From IMG/VR virus record IMGVR_UViG_3300042879_001731: a stretch of DNA of 64,000 nt; one strand, written 5' to 3'. This document shows, piece after piece, positions 17,492 through 27,882 of the stretch. The number at the start of each line of letters is the position of its first letter. The stretch's first letter is position 1. Origin of the DNA: an uncultured virus (IMG/VR IMGVR_UViG_3300042879_001731) (Duplodnaviria; Heunggongvirae; Uroviricota; Caudoviricetes). A program made the position numbers and the translations under genes. The notes under the pieces are model-generated. The model ran no database searches, had not been told where the DNA came from, and saw only the letters and a list, made by a program, of their open reading frames with translations.

Positions 17492-19324
17492 ATGGCTGAA
17501 AAGAAAGTAATAGAACTCGAAATAAAAACGGAATCTGTAGGTTCATTAAAATCTCAGCTTCGTCAAGCTCAAGCAGAGGTAGCTGCTTTATCTGAAAAGT
17601 TTGGAGCAACATCTCAGGAAGCTATTAATGCGGCAAAGAAAGCAGCAGAGTTAAAAGATGCTATTGGAGATGCTAAAGCCTTGACTGATGCGTATAACCC
17701 TGATGCTAAATTTAATGCGTTAGCTACTTCTATTGGAGGTGTTTTAAATGGATTCCAAGCCTTTGAGGGCGCATTAGGTTTAGTTGGCGTTGAAAGCGAA
17801 GCTGTACAGGAACAGTTATTGAAAGTACAGTCTGCCATGGCACTTGCTGAAGGTGTCAATGGAGTTATGGAATCTGTTGAAGCGTTTAAGAATTTAGGCG
17901 CACAGATTAAGAGTGTAACTATTGTTCAAAAGCTACTGAATTTAGCCATGAAGGCGAATCCAATAGCATTACTTATTGCAGGTATTACAGCTTTAATAGC
18001 AGTAGGATATAAATTGGTTTCATGGTGGTATGAATCAGCAGCAGCAACCGAAAAGGCGAATGCAAGTTTAGACAGACATACCAAGGCTTTAGAACGTCAA
18101 GAGAAACAGCTTGAACGATCATCTAAAAGACTTAAAGATGCTAATCAATACCAATATGATTATGCTGCTGCAGCAGGTGCTTCATCTGAGCAATTAAGAA
18201 AATTAGCTCTTAAACATCAAGAAGAAGAGTTAGCACTTGCCAAAAAGAATCTTGAATTAGCTAAGTCTACATATTTACGTGAACAGGATATCCTAGCTTC
18301 TTACAGAGCAAATGATGCAAGTGAGGAATTACTTGAAAGACAAACAGAAATAGTTAAAAAAGCAAGGGAAGCCACAACTAATGCCCGTGAATCATTAATT
18401 CAAGAATATGATGCTTTAAAAGCATTACGAAGACAGCAAAAAGTAGAGATACGTCAAGAAGAAACAGATGCTAATAAAGAAGCAAAAGATAGAGAAAAAG
18501 AAGCTTCTGATAAAAGACTACAGGCTCAAAAAGATGCTGCTGAAAAAAGAAAGGAAATAAGACAAAATGAATTAGAAGATCAGAAAAGAATTGCTGATGA
18601 GAAAGCAAAATTTGAATTAGAACAAATTGAACTTGATGAAACAAGACAAGAACAAGCATATCAAAGAAAATTAGATGCAGCCGAAAAAGCAGCTGAAGAA
18701 GAAAAAGCACAAGAAGATAAATATAGAGCTGAAAAGTTAGCTCAAGAAGAAGCTGATGAGCAAAGACAAGAAGCGGCATGGAAAAGAGAGCAAGAAGGGA
18801 TTGAAAAATTACAAGAATTAAAATATCAAGCAGTATTACAGGGATTAACGTTAATTAGTGATTTATCTGAAGTATTTGGTAAGAAAGGAGAGAAACAAGC
18901 TAAGAAAGCATTTCAAATACAAAAAGCTGCAAGTATAGCAAGTGCATTAATTTCAACTTATCAAAGTGCTGTCAGTGCTTATCAATCTCAATTTGTGCCA
19001 CTACCTGATCCAACATCTCCTATTCGTGGAGCTGTTGCGGCTGGTATTGCTGTTGCAGCAGGTTTAGGTAGTGTTGCTAAAATATCATCTCAAAAGTTTG
19101 AAGGTGGTGGTGGTTCTGCTGGTGGTGGTGGCGGAAATATAACTGCTCCTGCTGGTGGCGGTTCTGCAATAACACCCAATTTTAATATAGTAGGCAATGC
19201 TCAAGCTACTAATCCACTTGCAGGTTTAGGAGGTCAGCCTTTACAAGCCTATGTCGTGAGTGGTGAAGTCACAACAGCTCAGAGTTTAGATAGGAATAGG
19301 GTTAATTACGCAACGTTTGGTTAA
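17492..19324 (+). CDS. Tape measure protein
   Basis: Ala-rich helical and long coiled-coil segments, hydrophobic stretches, Gly-rich C-terminus. Confidence 0.8.
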   Translation: MAEKKVIELEIKTESVGSLKSQLRQAQAEVAALSEKFGATSQEAINAAKKAAELKDAIGDAKALTDAYNPDAKFNALATSIGGVLNGFQAFEGALGLVGVESEAVQEQLLKVQSAMALAEGVNGVMESVEAFKNLGAQIKSVTIVQKLLNLAMKANPIALLIAGITALIAVGYKLVSWWYESAAATEKANASLDRHTKALERQEKQLERSSKRLKDANQYQYDYAAAAGASSEQLRKLALKHQEEELALAKKNLELAKSTYLREQDILASYRANDASEELLERQTEIVKKAREATTNARESLIQEYDALKALRRQQKVEIRQEETDANKEAKDREKEASDKRLQAQKDAAEKRKEIRQNELEDQKRIADEKAKFELEQIELDETRQEQAYQRKLDAAEKAAEEEKAQEDKYRAEKLAQEEADEQRQEAAWKREQEGIEKLQELKYQAVLQGLTLISDLSEVFGKKGEKQAKKAFQIQKAASIASALISTYQSAVSAYQSQFVPLPDPTSPIRGAVAAGIAVAAGLGSVAKISSQKFEGGGGSAGGGGGNITAPAGGGSAITPNFNIVGNAQATNPLAGLGGQPLQAYVVSGEVTTAQSLDRNRVNYATFG

Positions 19325-19342
19325 AATAAAAGTTAATAGGTC
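19311..19342 (+). promoter_or_regulatory. Putative phage-sigma late promoter 2
   Basis: CAAC-N15-AAGTTA-N7-ATG. Confidence 0.7.
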
Positions 19343-20254
19343 ATGAGAATTATAGAATTAATAATAGACGAGAAAGACGAAATGAGCGGTATCGAAGCCG
19401 TTAGTGTAGTTTCATCCCCAGCAATAGAAGAAAATTTTATTGCCCTAAACAAACAAGAAATACAACTAAAAAAGATAGACGAAGAGAAACGTATCTTGAT
19501 GGGTGCTGCTTTGATTCCAAATAAACAGATTTACCGAGTTAACGAAAAGAAAGAAGAATACTATATCTTTTTCAGTGAGCAAACTGTGCGTAAAGCATCT
19601 GAATTATTTTTAATGCGCTCAAATCAGAATAACGCTACCTACGAACACAAAGACAAATTAGAAGGTTTAAGCGTTGTTGAGAGTTGGATAATTGAAGACG
19701 AGAAATCGGATAAATCCCGATTATATGGCTTTGATTTACCAGTAGGTACATGGATGATTTCAATGAAGGTGAATAACGATGAGGTATGGGGAGACGTAAA
19801 AGAAGGCAAGGTTAAAGGTTTTTCTATTGAGGGATACTTTGCTGACAAATACGAAATGAGCCTTATTGATGAAAAGACGGAAGACGAAATTCTACTTGAA
19901 GCAATTAAAAAGATTATAATAGATGCCGAAAGACAAGAGTTACGTTCATATACAGACTACCCTAAAAAAGCAGTAGAGAACGCAAAGATAGCTATTAGAT
20001 ATGCTGAAGAAAATGGATGGGGTTCTTGTGGCACTTCTGTAGGTAAACAACGTGCTAATCAATTAGCCAATAACGAACCTATATCTGAAGAAACTATTTC
20101 ACGAATGGCATCATTTGAAAGACATAGACAAAACTCACAAAAAGAGTTAGGTGATGGATGTGGAAGATTAATGTGGTTAGCTTGGGGTGGCGATGAAGGT
20201 GTAGAATGGGCGCAACGTAAACTTCAACAGATAAGAAATGGCGAAGCAAACTAA
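19343..20254 (+). CDS. XkdF-like prohead serine protease with C-terminal extension
   Basis: VSVVSSPAIEENF, TYEH, VESW, GTWM, KGFSIEG. Confidence 0.85.
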   Translation: MRIIELIIDEKDEMSGIEAVSVVSSPAIEENFIALNKQEIQLKKIDEEKRILMGAALIPNKQIYRVNEKKEEYYIFFSEQTVRKASELFLMRSNQNNATYEHKDKLEGLSVVESWIIEDEKSDKSRLYGFDLPVGTWMISMKVNNDEVWGDVKEGKVKGFSIEGYFADKYEMSLIDEKTEDEILLEAIKKIIIDAERQELRSYTDYPKKAVENAKIAIRYAEENGWGSCGTSVGKQRANQLANNEPISEETISRMASFERHRQNSQKELGDGCGRLMWLAWGGDEGVEWAQRKLQQIRNGEAN

Positions 20255-20382
20255 CATTACCAACTTTCTTAAGAAGCCAAGAGTAAAACGTAAGGGCGTT
20301 CATGCAAAGAGTAAGACAAGCAAAATAAAGTCGAGTAAAAATTATGTTAAAGTTTATACAAGACAAGGTAAATAAAATAAGT

Positions 20383-20568
20383 ATGGCAAAGAAAAAAACA
20401 GTAAGCAAGACCTCACCTAAAGGCGGTAGACGTGGATGCCTATGCGAAGACGGAACGTATAAGGCAGAATGCTGTGATGGAACACTACAAGCGCAAGGTG
20501 TAGGAAGCACGGTAAATCAGGTTACAAGCAATGTCGTAAACACGAATACAGTAAGACAGATTAACTAA
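20383..20568 (+). CDS. Small Cys-rich basic protein
   Basis: GCLCEDGTYKAECCDG; start moved to MAKKK. Confidence 0.65.
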   Translation: MAKKKTVSKTSPKGGRRGCLCEDGTYKAECCDGTLQAQGVGSTVNQVTSNVVNTNTVRQIN

Positions 20569-20574
20569 AAAATA

Positions 20575-20606
20575 CAACAGAGTAAATAACCAAAAGTTAA
20601 TAAGAT
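20575..20606 (+). promoter_or_regulatory. Putative phage-sigma late promoter 3
   Basis: CAAC-N15-AAGTTA-N7-ATG. Confidence 0.7.
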
Positions 20607-21230
20607 ATGAAAACAAATGTATTAACACAAATTAAGCAGCTTCTTGGAATGGAAGTGAAGCTTGAAATGATGAAGCTTGCAGACGGAATGACAATGATTG
20701 AAGCTGATTCTTTTGAACCTGAAATGGCTGTAGTTATCGTAACTGAGGACGAGCAAAAAATCCCTTTGCCTGTAGGTGAGTACGAATTGGAAGATGGTCG
20801 TATTCTTGTTGTTGCAGTAGAAGGTATCATTGCAGAAATCAAAGAGAAAGAAGAAGAAGCTCCAGAGGTTGAAATCGAAGTAGAAGCACCTGAAGCTGAG
20901 ATGCCTCAAGTAGAAGTTGAAGCAGAAGCTGAAGTAGCTACTCCAAAAAAGACGGTTGAGTCAATCATTAAAGAAACATTCTTTAGCGAGATGGAAGCGT
21001 TGAAAGCTGAGAATGAAGAGTTAAAAGCTAAATTGGAAATGTTTTCAAAAGTTGAACCTACTACAGAAGTTACTACTGAAGAAACTACTGAAGAGGTTAA
21101 GGTCGAACTTGAAGAGGTAAAGCCTATTACTTTTAACCCTGAGAAAGAAAATAAAGTGGAAGGATTCAAATTTGCTTCTAAAAGAGCGAGAACTACAATG
21201 GATTCTATCCTTGAAAAATTAAATAAATAA
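20607..21230 (+). CDS. Capsid scaffolding protein
   Basis: Glu-rich, LPVGEYELEDG; between protease and MCP. Confidence 0.75.
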   Translation: MKTNVLTQIKQLLGMEVKLEMMKLADGMTMIEADSFEPEMAVVIVTEDEQKIPLPVGEYELEDGRILVVAVEGIIAEIKEKEEEAPEVEIEVEAPEAEMPQVEVEAEAEVATPKKTVESIIKETFFSEMEALKAENEELKAKLEMFSKVEPTTEVTTEETTEEVKVELEEVKPITFNPEKENKVEGFKFASKRARTTMDSILEKLNK

Positions 21231-21255
21231 ATATTAACTAATAAATTTTAAAAAA

Positions 21256-22209
21256 ATGCCAACAACAACATCAATTACTACTACTTATGCTGGCGAGTTC
21301 GCAGGTAAGTACATTGCTGCGGCACTTTTGTCTGCACCAACTTTAGAGCAAGGTGGTTTAACTATTCACCCAAATGTTAAGTACAAGCAAGTTATCCAAC
21401 GTGTTGCTACTGACGGAATCGTTAAGAACGCTACTTGTGATTTTGACGCTACTTCAACTTTAACTCTTACTGAAAGAGTATTGAATCCTGAAGAGTTCCA
21501 AGTTAACCTACAACTTTGTAAAAAAGACTTCCACCAAACATGGCAAGCAGCAGAAATGGGTTACGGAGCATTCGATGTTCTTCCTAAATCTTTCGCTGAT
21601 TTCCTTATCGCTCACGTAGCTGAGAAAGTTGCTTCACATATGGAAGGTGTTATTTGGGAAGGTAACAACGCTTCTGCAGGTGAGTTCTCAGGAATTATGC
21701 GCCAATTGGCTGTAGATGCTACTTTACCAGCTGCACAAGAGGTAGCAGGTACTACAGTAGATGCAGGTGACGTTATCGCTGAACTTGGTAAAATCGTAGA
21801 TGCTTGTCCATCACGTTTGTACGGACAACCAGATTTGAAATTGTATCTTTCTTCTAACATCGTACGTGCTTATATCCGTGCTTTGGGTGGATTTGGTGCA
21901 TCAGGTTTGGGTGCTAATGGTACAAACGCACAAGGTACTCAATGGTATACTAACGGATCACTTTCTTTCGATGGTATTCCAATCTTCTTAGCTTACGGTC
22001 TTGATGACAACAGAGGTCTATTAACTCAGTCTTCTAACCTACACTTCGCTACAGGTCTACTTTCTGACTTGAATGAAGTTAAAGTTATTGATATGGCTGA
22101 CCTTGATGGTTCTCAAAATGTACGTGTAATCATGCGTTTCACAGCTGATGCTAAGTATGGTTTCGCTGGAGACTGTGTTACTTACGGAGTTACTAACTCT
22201 GCTAACTAA
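21256..22209 (+). CDS. Major capsid protein
   Basis: 317 aa after scaffold; strong codon bias; followed by terminator. Confidence 0.85.
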   Translation: MPTTTSITTTYAGEFAGKYIAAALLSAPTLEQGGLTIHPNVKYKQVIQRVATDGIVKNATCDFDATSTLTLTERVLNPEEFQVNLQLCKKDFHQTWQAAEMGYGAFDVLPKSFADFLIAHVAEKVASHMEGVIWEGNNASAGEFSGIMRQLAVDATLPAAQEVAGTTVDAGDVIAELGKIVDACPSRLYGQPDLKLYLSSNIVRAYIRALGGFGASGLGANGTNAQGTQWYTNGSLSFDGIPIFLAYGLDDNRGLLTQSSNLHFATGLLSDLNEVKVIDMADLDGSQNVRVIMRFTADAKYGFAGDCVTYGVTNSAN

Positions 22210-22229
22210 TATTAACTGACTTAATTAAC

Positions 22230-22260
22230 GGGGAGGGCGGTTATTCTCCCTCCCTTTTTT
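22230..22260 (+). terminator. Rho-independent terminator
   Basis: gggaggg...ccctccc plus T7. Confidence 0.85.
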
Positions 22261-22282
22261 ATAACATTTAATACTTAAAATT

Positions 22283-22831
22283 ATGTCATGCGATATTTCT
22301 AACGGCGTAGCTGAGCCATGCAAAAGTAGCATTGGAGGACTTGATGCTATCTACCTAATCAATTATGGTGATTATACAGCTAATGATATTACTTACGACA
22401 ACACGAATACGGATCAGATTAATGATATAAATGGTGTTGCTACTGTTTATAAGTTTGATTTGAAAGGAGCTAACAGCTTCGAGCAAACAATTACTTCAAG
22501 CCGTGATAACGGAACTACCTTTGTTGAGCAAACTTTAACTGTTAGCCTTAAACAACAAAGCGCAGTTAAGCATAAATTGGTTAAATTATTAGCTTACGGA
22601 CGTCCTCACATCGTGGTAAGAACTCGTGCAGGTCAATACTTCCTTGCTGGTCTTGAGCGTGGAATGGATTTGACTACAGGTGTTATTTCTAACGGAACGG
22701 CAGCTGGTGACATGAATGGTTACACGCTTACTTTTGTAGGTCAAGAGAACATTCCAGCTAATTTCTTGAATTGTTCAACTGAAGCAGGACTTGTTACAGT
22801 TCTTTCTTCAGCTACTATTGTCACTTCATAG
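22283..22831 (+). CDS. Major tail tube protein
   Basis: GGLDAIY, NGTTFVEQTL, GYTLTFVG; followed by terminator. Confidence 0.75.
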   Translation: MSCDISNGVAEPCKSSIGGLDAIYLINYGDYTANDITYDNTNTDQINDINGVATVYKFDLKGANSFEQTITSSRDNGTTFVEQTLTVSLKQQSAVKHKLVKLLAYGRPHIVVRTRAGQYFLAGLERGMDLTTGVISNGTAAGDMNGYTLTFVGQENIPANFLNCSTEAGLVTVLSSATIVTS

Positions 22832-22855
22832 TGTTTCTTTCATAGTGGTTAGTTT

Positions 22856-22884
22856 AGGGAGGCTTAGGTCTCCCTTTTCTTTTT
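22856..22884 (+). terminator. Rho-independent terminator
   Basis: agggaggc ttag gtctccct plus T-rich tail. Confidence 0.75.
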
Positions 22885-22886
22885 CA

Positions 22887-22918
22887 AAACAATTTAGACA
22901 CATTCAAGTTAATAGAGT
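22887..22918 (+). promoter_or_regulatory. Putative phage-sigma late promoter 4
   Basis: AAAC-N15-AAGTTA-N7-ATG, immediately after a terminator. Confidence 0.7.
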
Positions 22919-23251
22919 ATGATTATCTTACAAGAGACAGGATCAGCGCAGAGTTTTAGTTTTATTCCTCGTTCGAGTGCGTATAATACGCTACAAATTA
23001 CGGATGAGCAGACAGGCGTTACTACAAACGTTACTATTACGTCAAGCGTTACAGGTAGTTACTATGATACTATCACGGCTACTTTTTCTTTAAAGCAAAA
23101 TCACTTTTATACTTTAACACTTAAGCAAAACACGGACATCGTTTACAAGGATAAGATATTCTGTACTAATCAGGCTATACCAACCTTTAGCGTAAACAAT
23201 GGTCAATATATAGTGAATACGTCAAATAACGACTTTATTTTATATGAGTAA
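22919..23251 (+). CDS. Beta-rich virion protein
   Basis: ORF track; position upstream of portal. Confidence 0.6.
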   Translation: MIILQETGSAQSFSFIPRSSAYNTLQITDEQTGVTTNVTITSSVTGSYYDTITATFSLKQNHFYTLTLKQNTDIVYKDKIFCTNQAIPTFSVNNGQYIVNTSNNDFILYE

Positions 23252-25124
23252 TATACACGTACTTAAACTGGCGCAATACGAACCGCCTGTAGTAGAAGAA
23301 AGTAAAAAACACGAATGGGTGACGTATGGTGAGAATAATTCTTACTATACTTTCCTCATGGAGCGTTATAAAAACTCTACTACAAACAACGCTATTATAA
23401 ACAACATCTCACGCCTAATCTACGGAAAAGGCTTGAGTGCTACCGATGCTAACAAAAAGCCTAACGAGTACGCTCAGATGAAAGCTATGATCAGCGCAGA
23501 AGATTTGCGTAAGGTAGTGTTAGACTTTGAGATGTTAGGACAAGCAGCGTTTCAAGTACATTACACAGCTGATAGAAAGAAAGTACAGAAACTTTATCAT
23601 ATACCTGTGCATTTGTTAGCACCCGAAAAGTGTAATAAAGACGGAGAAATTGAAGCTTATTACTACTCAAATAATTGGGAAGATATAAGAAACTATGCAC
23701 CTGAAAGAATCCCTGCATTTGGATTTAGTCAAGATAAAGTAGAGATACTAATCGTTCAGCCTTATTCTGTAGGGATGAAATACTTTAGCTACGTAGACTA
23801 TCAAGGAGGTATCCCTTATGCAGTTTTAGAAGAAGAAATTTCTAACTACCTTATCAATGAGGTTCAGCGTGGTTTTAGTGGTCGTATTGTAGTTAACTTC
23901 AACAATGGAGTTCCAACACCTGAAGAGCAAGACATAATCAAAAGCAAGGTTCTAAGCCAACTTTCAGGAACAGAAGGGCACAAAGTAATTGTAGCGTTTA
24001 ATAACAACTCTGAAAGCAAGACTACGGTTGATGCTATGCCTGTCAATGATGCTCCAGACTTGTATAACCAACTGAGTGAGGAATGCATGCGTAAGATCAT
24101 GCTTTCTCATAACGTTACTTCACCACTTCTTTTTGGTATTGCTACGACTACAGGATTTAGTTCTAACGCTGATGAGTTAAGAAATAGCGCAGTCTTGTTT
24201 GAAAACATGGTTATAAAGCCTAAACAAGAGATTATTTTAAAATCAATAGACACCATTTTAGCTTATAATGGCGTTGCTTTAGACCTTGAATTCATAGGTT
24301 TGAACCCATTGGATAGTGAGGGAGATTTGACCACAGGAGAATCAGCTACAAAAGTTATAGAGGGAATCAACTCACTTTCTCCACTTGTGGCAAATAAGGT
24401 ACTTGAATCAATGACACCTAACGAGATTCGTTCTTTGGTAGGTTTACCAGCAGAACAAGGAGGCTCAAACCTTGCGCCATCGGCTACGGAGTTAAGCGCA
24501 GAAGCTACAGACGAAGAGTTAGACGTACTATTAAACGACCTTGAGGGTGAAGTATTAGGAGACGAATGGGAGCGTGTTACAGAGCGTGAAGTAAAAGCGG
24601 ACAATATAAGTACTGAAGAGTGGGTAAATAATGCGTTAAATCCAAAGAAAAGCGTATTAGCGAAACTTGCTTCTATCATTAAATCTGAGCCGAGTAGAGA
24701 ATCTAATTTAGACAAGTCAGTTTATAAGGTTCGTTATGAATATTCAGAGCGTTATTCTAAGCCTAATTCAAGAGATTTTTGTGTTAAGATGATGTCTCGT
24801 ACTGCGAGTGGAGTGGTATATCGCTTAGAAGATATTGATAAGGCAAGTAGAGCAGGAGTTAATAAAGAGTTAGGACATAAAGGACAGGCATACGATTTGT
24901 TTAAATTCAAAGGTGGAGTTAATTGCTCACACTATTGGAAAGAGGTTCTTTATAAACTTAAGCAAAAAGACGGAAAGTATGTAGAGGATAAGTCTTTGAG
25001 TTCTTCAAATGAGGTTAGTTCAATACCTAAATCATACCAACCAAGACCTACAGGAAACGCACAAAGCAAAGTAGCACCTATTGATATGCCTAACAATGGG
25101 CATCACCCTAATTACGGAAAATAA
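23244..25124 (+). CDS. Portal protein with C-terminal minor-head-like domain
   Basis: YGENN...STTNNAII, HNVTSPLLFGI, MTPNEIRSLVGL; C-terminal SRDFC...KGGVNCSHYW. Confidence 0.8.
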   Translation: MSNIHVLKLAQYEPPVVEESKKHEWVTYGENNSYYTFLMERYKNSTTNNAIINNISRLIYGKGLSATDANKKPNEYAQMKAMISAEDLRKVVLDFEMLGQAAFQVHYTADRKKVQKLYHIPVHLLAPEKCNKDGEIEAYYYSNNWEDIRNYAPERIPAFGFSQDKVEILIVQPYSVGMKYFSYVDYQGGIPYAVLEEEISNYLINEVQRGFSGRIVVNFNNGVPTPEEQDIIKSKVLSQLSGTEGHKVIVAFNNNSESKTTVDAMPVNDAPDLYNQLSEECMRKIMLSHNVTSPLLFGIATTTGFSSNADELRNSAVLFENMVIKPKQEIILKSIDTILAYNGVALDLEFIGLNPLDSEGDLTTGESATKVIEGINSLSPLVANKVLESMTPNEIRSLVGLPAEQGGSNLAPSATELSAEATDEELDVLLNDLEGEVLGDEWERVTEREVKADNISTEEWVNNALNPKKSVLAKLASIIKSEPSRESNLDKSVYKVRYEYSERYSKPNSRDFCVKMMSRTASGVVYRLEDIDKASRAGVNKELGHKGQAYDLFKFKGGVNCSHYWKEVLYKLKQKDGKYVEDKSLSSSNEVSSIPKSYQPRPTGNAQSKVAPIDMPNNGHHPNYGK

Positions 25125-25624
25125 TGGCAGAAGCTTTATTAATAACGAGAACAGATATAGTTAAGTTTACTGCGGTAAATGGTAACGTTGATACAGATAA
25201 ATTTATTCAGTTTGTAAAGATTGCTCAGGATGTACACGTTCAATCTATCTTAGGAACTGATCTATTAAACAAGATTAAAGCTGACATCGTAGCAAATACA
25301 TTGAGTGGGAACTATCTTTCTTTGCTTACAAACTATGTTAAGCCACTTTTGATACATTGGGCAATGGTTGAATATTTACCCTTTGCAGCTTACACAATAG
25401 CTAATAAAGGCGTATATAAACACGAATCTGAAAACGCTACTACAGTAGATAAAGTGGAAGTTGATTTCTTAGTTGAAAAACAGAGGCAGATTGCTCAACA
25501 CTACACACAACGCTTTGTGGATTACATGAGTTTTAACAATAACCTATTTCCTGAATACAATTCTAATTCTAATGGAGATATGTACCCAAGAACGGATAAT
25601 AACTTTTCAGGCTGGATACTATGA
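25124..25624 (+). CDS. Head-tail adaptor protein
   Basis: Helical; AQDVHVQSILG; follows portal. Confidence 0.65.
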   Translation: MAEALLITRTDIVKFTAVNGNVDTDKFIQFVKIAQDVHVQSILGTDLLNKIKADIVANTLSGNYLSLLTNYVKPLLIHWAMVEYLPFAAYTIANKGVYKHESENATTVDKVEVDFLVEKQRQIAQHYTQRFVDYMSFNNNLFPEYNSNSNGDMYPRTDNNFSGWIL

Positions 25625-25690
25625 AAAAATACAAACCGAAAGACAACAATATAAAGAAGTTAAAGTTATACTTACAGAAAGTAGAAAAAG

Positions 25691-25909
25691 ATGGCGAACG
25701 ACATAGGATGGGGAGCAGCAGTAAGTAATTTAATCGGATGGGGTAAGCCTTCGGAAGATGGTGATAACTTTATCAATGAAACCACTACCGATTTAATAGA
25801 AACTGAAACGGATGAATTTCTACTTACTGAAGCTCCATCTGTAGATATTGTTGGATGGGGTGAGTCATACGATTATTCATACTGGGGAGATACAATACCT
25901 GAAAGATAA
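25691..25909 (+). CDS. Small virion protein
   Basis: Repeated IGWG motifs. Confidence 0.55.
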   Translation: MANDIGWGAAVSNLIGWGKPSEDGDNFINETTTDLIETETDEFLLTEAPSVDIVGWGESYDYSYWGDTIPER

Positions 25910-25919
25910 AATATAAAAA

Positions 25920-26546
25920 ATGGCAGAAAAGAAAATAAGTCAATTAACAGCGAAAGGTGCTACTATTGCAGACACGGATTTAGTAGTCATCTCTGAAAGT
26001 GCAGGCGGTGGTTCTTATGTAAGTAAAAGCGTAACAGGTGCAAATATCAAAGCATTGGTTACTGATGCTAATCTAACTACTACAGACATCACTACAAACA
26101 ACGTAAGCACAACAAAACACGGATTCGTTCCTAAAGCTCCAAACAATACTACACAATTCTTGAGGGGTGATGCTTCTTGGGCTTCTCTTCCAGCTGAATT
26201 AGTTATTGCAGCGAGTGATGAGACAACTGCTTTAACAACAGGAACTGCAAAAGTAACTTTTAGAATGCCATACGCAATGACTGTTACTTCTGTTCGCGCT
26301 TCTCTTTCGACTGCTCAGGCTTCAGGCTCTATTTTTACTGTTGATATTAACGAAGGTGGAACTTCAATACTTTCTACAAAACTAACAATAGACAACACCG
26401 AAAAGACTAGTACAACTGCTGCAACTGCCGCTGTAATTTCTGACAGCTCACTTGCTGATGATGCTGAGATCACAATAGACATCGACCAAATCGGCAACGG
26501 AACAGCTAAAGGATTGAAAGTAATATTGATCGGTACAAGAGCATAA
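25920..26546 (+). CDS. Fibre/decoration protein
   Basis: KKISQL start, FLRGDASW collar motif, beta-sandwich C-terminus. Confidence 0.65.
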   Translation: MAEKKISQLTAKGATIADTDLVVISESAGGGSYVSKSVTGANIKALVTDANLTTTDITTNNVSTTKHGFVPKAPNNTTQFLRGDASWASLPAELVIAASDETTALTTGTAKVTFRMPYAMTVTSVRASLSTAQASGSIFTVDINEGGTSILSTKLTIDNTEKTSTTAATAAVISDSSLADDAEITIDIDQIGNGTAKGLKVILIGTRA

Positions 26547-26550
26547 AGTT

Positions 26551-27369
26551 ATGAGCTTTATTATTAATCCATATCAAGTACAGCCAAGCGTTCCTGCATT
26601 TAGCTTTTTGCTTGACACATACACAGGAGCTGCTGGTGCGTATTCAGTTACAAGAAGATTATCATCTACTTATACTGGATCATTAATTCGTGTTCGTAGA
26701 AGCTCAGACAACACAGAGCAAGATATAGGATATACTACAGGTAACTTATTGGATGAATCTGCATTAACTTCTTTTGTTGGGGCGAATAATGGTTTTGTAA
26801 CTAAAGTATATGATCAGAGTGGCAATACAAAAGATTTGACTCAATCAACAGCAGCAAGCCAACCACAAATCGTATCATCAGGAACAATATTAACGCAAAG
26901 TGGAAAGCCTAAAATGTCGCTTGCATCTAATAAATGGATAACTGCTGCAATACCTACAGCAACACGAAGAGATACATATTTTGTAACAAATAATGATTCC
27001 GATACAGCATGGTTATATCCAGATGATTTTGGTGGAAATTCCGCGTATGGATATGTATCTGCCAATGGGGATGGTTCAACGAATTTATATTATAATCCAG
27101 CAAGTACACCATCTTTATACGTGAATAATTCACTTCAATCACCTACTACAAGATCACAGGTGTATTCAGCATTGAATGGGTATAAATTAGTTGGACATGA
27201 GAATTTTTGTACGAATACAGGTGTCGTTTGGTTAGCTTTCAATTTAGGAAAATATAGTGGATATGAATATGGCGGTTCATTTCAAGAAATAATAATTTAC
27301 AATTCAGACCAATCCTCTAATCGTTCAGGAATAAATAGTAATATTAACACATTCTATTCAATCTACTAA
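26551..27369 (+). CDS. Putative receptor-binding protein (LamG/AbfB-like fold)
   Basis: AYSVTRRL..YTGSLIRVRRSSDNTEQDIG, YDQSGN, EIIIY. Confidence 0.65.
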   Translation: MSFIINPYQVQPSVPAFSFLLDTYTGAAGAYSVTRRLSSTYTGSLIRVRRSSDNTEQDIGYTTGNLLDESALTSFVGANNGFVTKVYDQSGNTKDLTQSTAASQPQIVSSGTILTQSGKPKMSLASNKWITAAIPTATRRDTYFVTNNDSDTAWLYPDDFGGNSAYGYVSANGDGSTNLYYNPASTPSLYVNNSLQSPTTRSQVYSALNGYKLVGHENFCTNTGVVWLAFNLGKYSGYEYGGSFQEIIIYNSDQSSNRSGINSNINTFYSIY

Positions 27370-27605
27370 TGGAAATTACAGGCTATAAATACTACACAGA
27401 ACAAGCAGTTATTGATGCAAGAGAAGCGTGTGATGCTTATTATGGAATTCCTGTTTCTACAGATGATGTTACACAAAATTGGGTTGATTATCAAATGGCT
27501 GAATTTAATGATCCTATTTTTTGGTATATAAGATATGATGATTCACTTGATGTAGTATTAGGTACACCTGAAATATTTGATATTGAAATACCACCATTAA
27601 ATTAA
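27369..27605 (+). CDS. Hypothetical protein (possible fibre chaperone)
   Basis: Coupled to the preceding gene. Confidence 0.55.
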   Translation: MEITGYKYYTEQAVIDAREACDAYYGIPVSTDDVTQNWVDYQMAEFNDPIFWYIRYDDSLDVVLGTPEIFDIEIPPLN

Positions 27606-27615
27606 TTTTATAAAC

Positions 27616-27882
27616 ATGACTGCCATAGCAATAATTGAAGCTACTAAAAAGAACGGTATTTCGGTGCTATTGGCATCTGCTGTGATTTGGCTTAATGGGC
27701 GTTTAAGCGATATTGAAGAAAAATATGCAGCCGTAGAAATGCGGCTGTATGATTGTTTAGAAGACAAGTCACAATCTTCATCTGTAAATCATAATATAAA
27801 AAAAGAATATATTTACGCAATACTACCGAAAGAAGAAAACTATGGAAGGATTAAGAGAAAGATGGAAAGCAAAAACTCCTGA
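27616..27882 (+). CDS. Membrane protein in lysis cluster
   Basis: One hydrophobic segment followed by coiled coil. Confidence 0.55.
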   Translation: MTAIAIIEATKKNGISVLLASAVIWLNGRLSDIEEKYAAVEMRLYDCLEDKSQSSSVNHNIKKEYIYAILPKEENYGRIKRKMESKNS

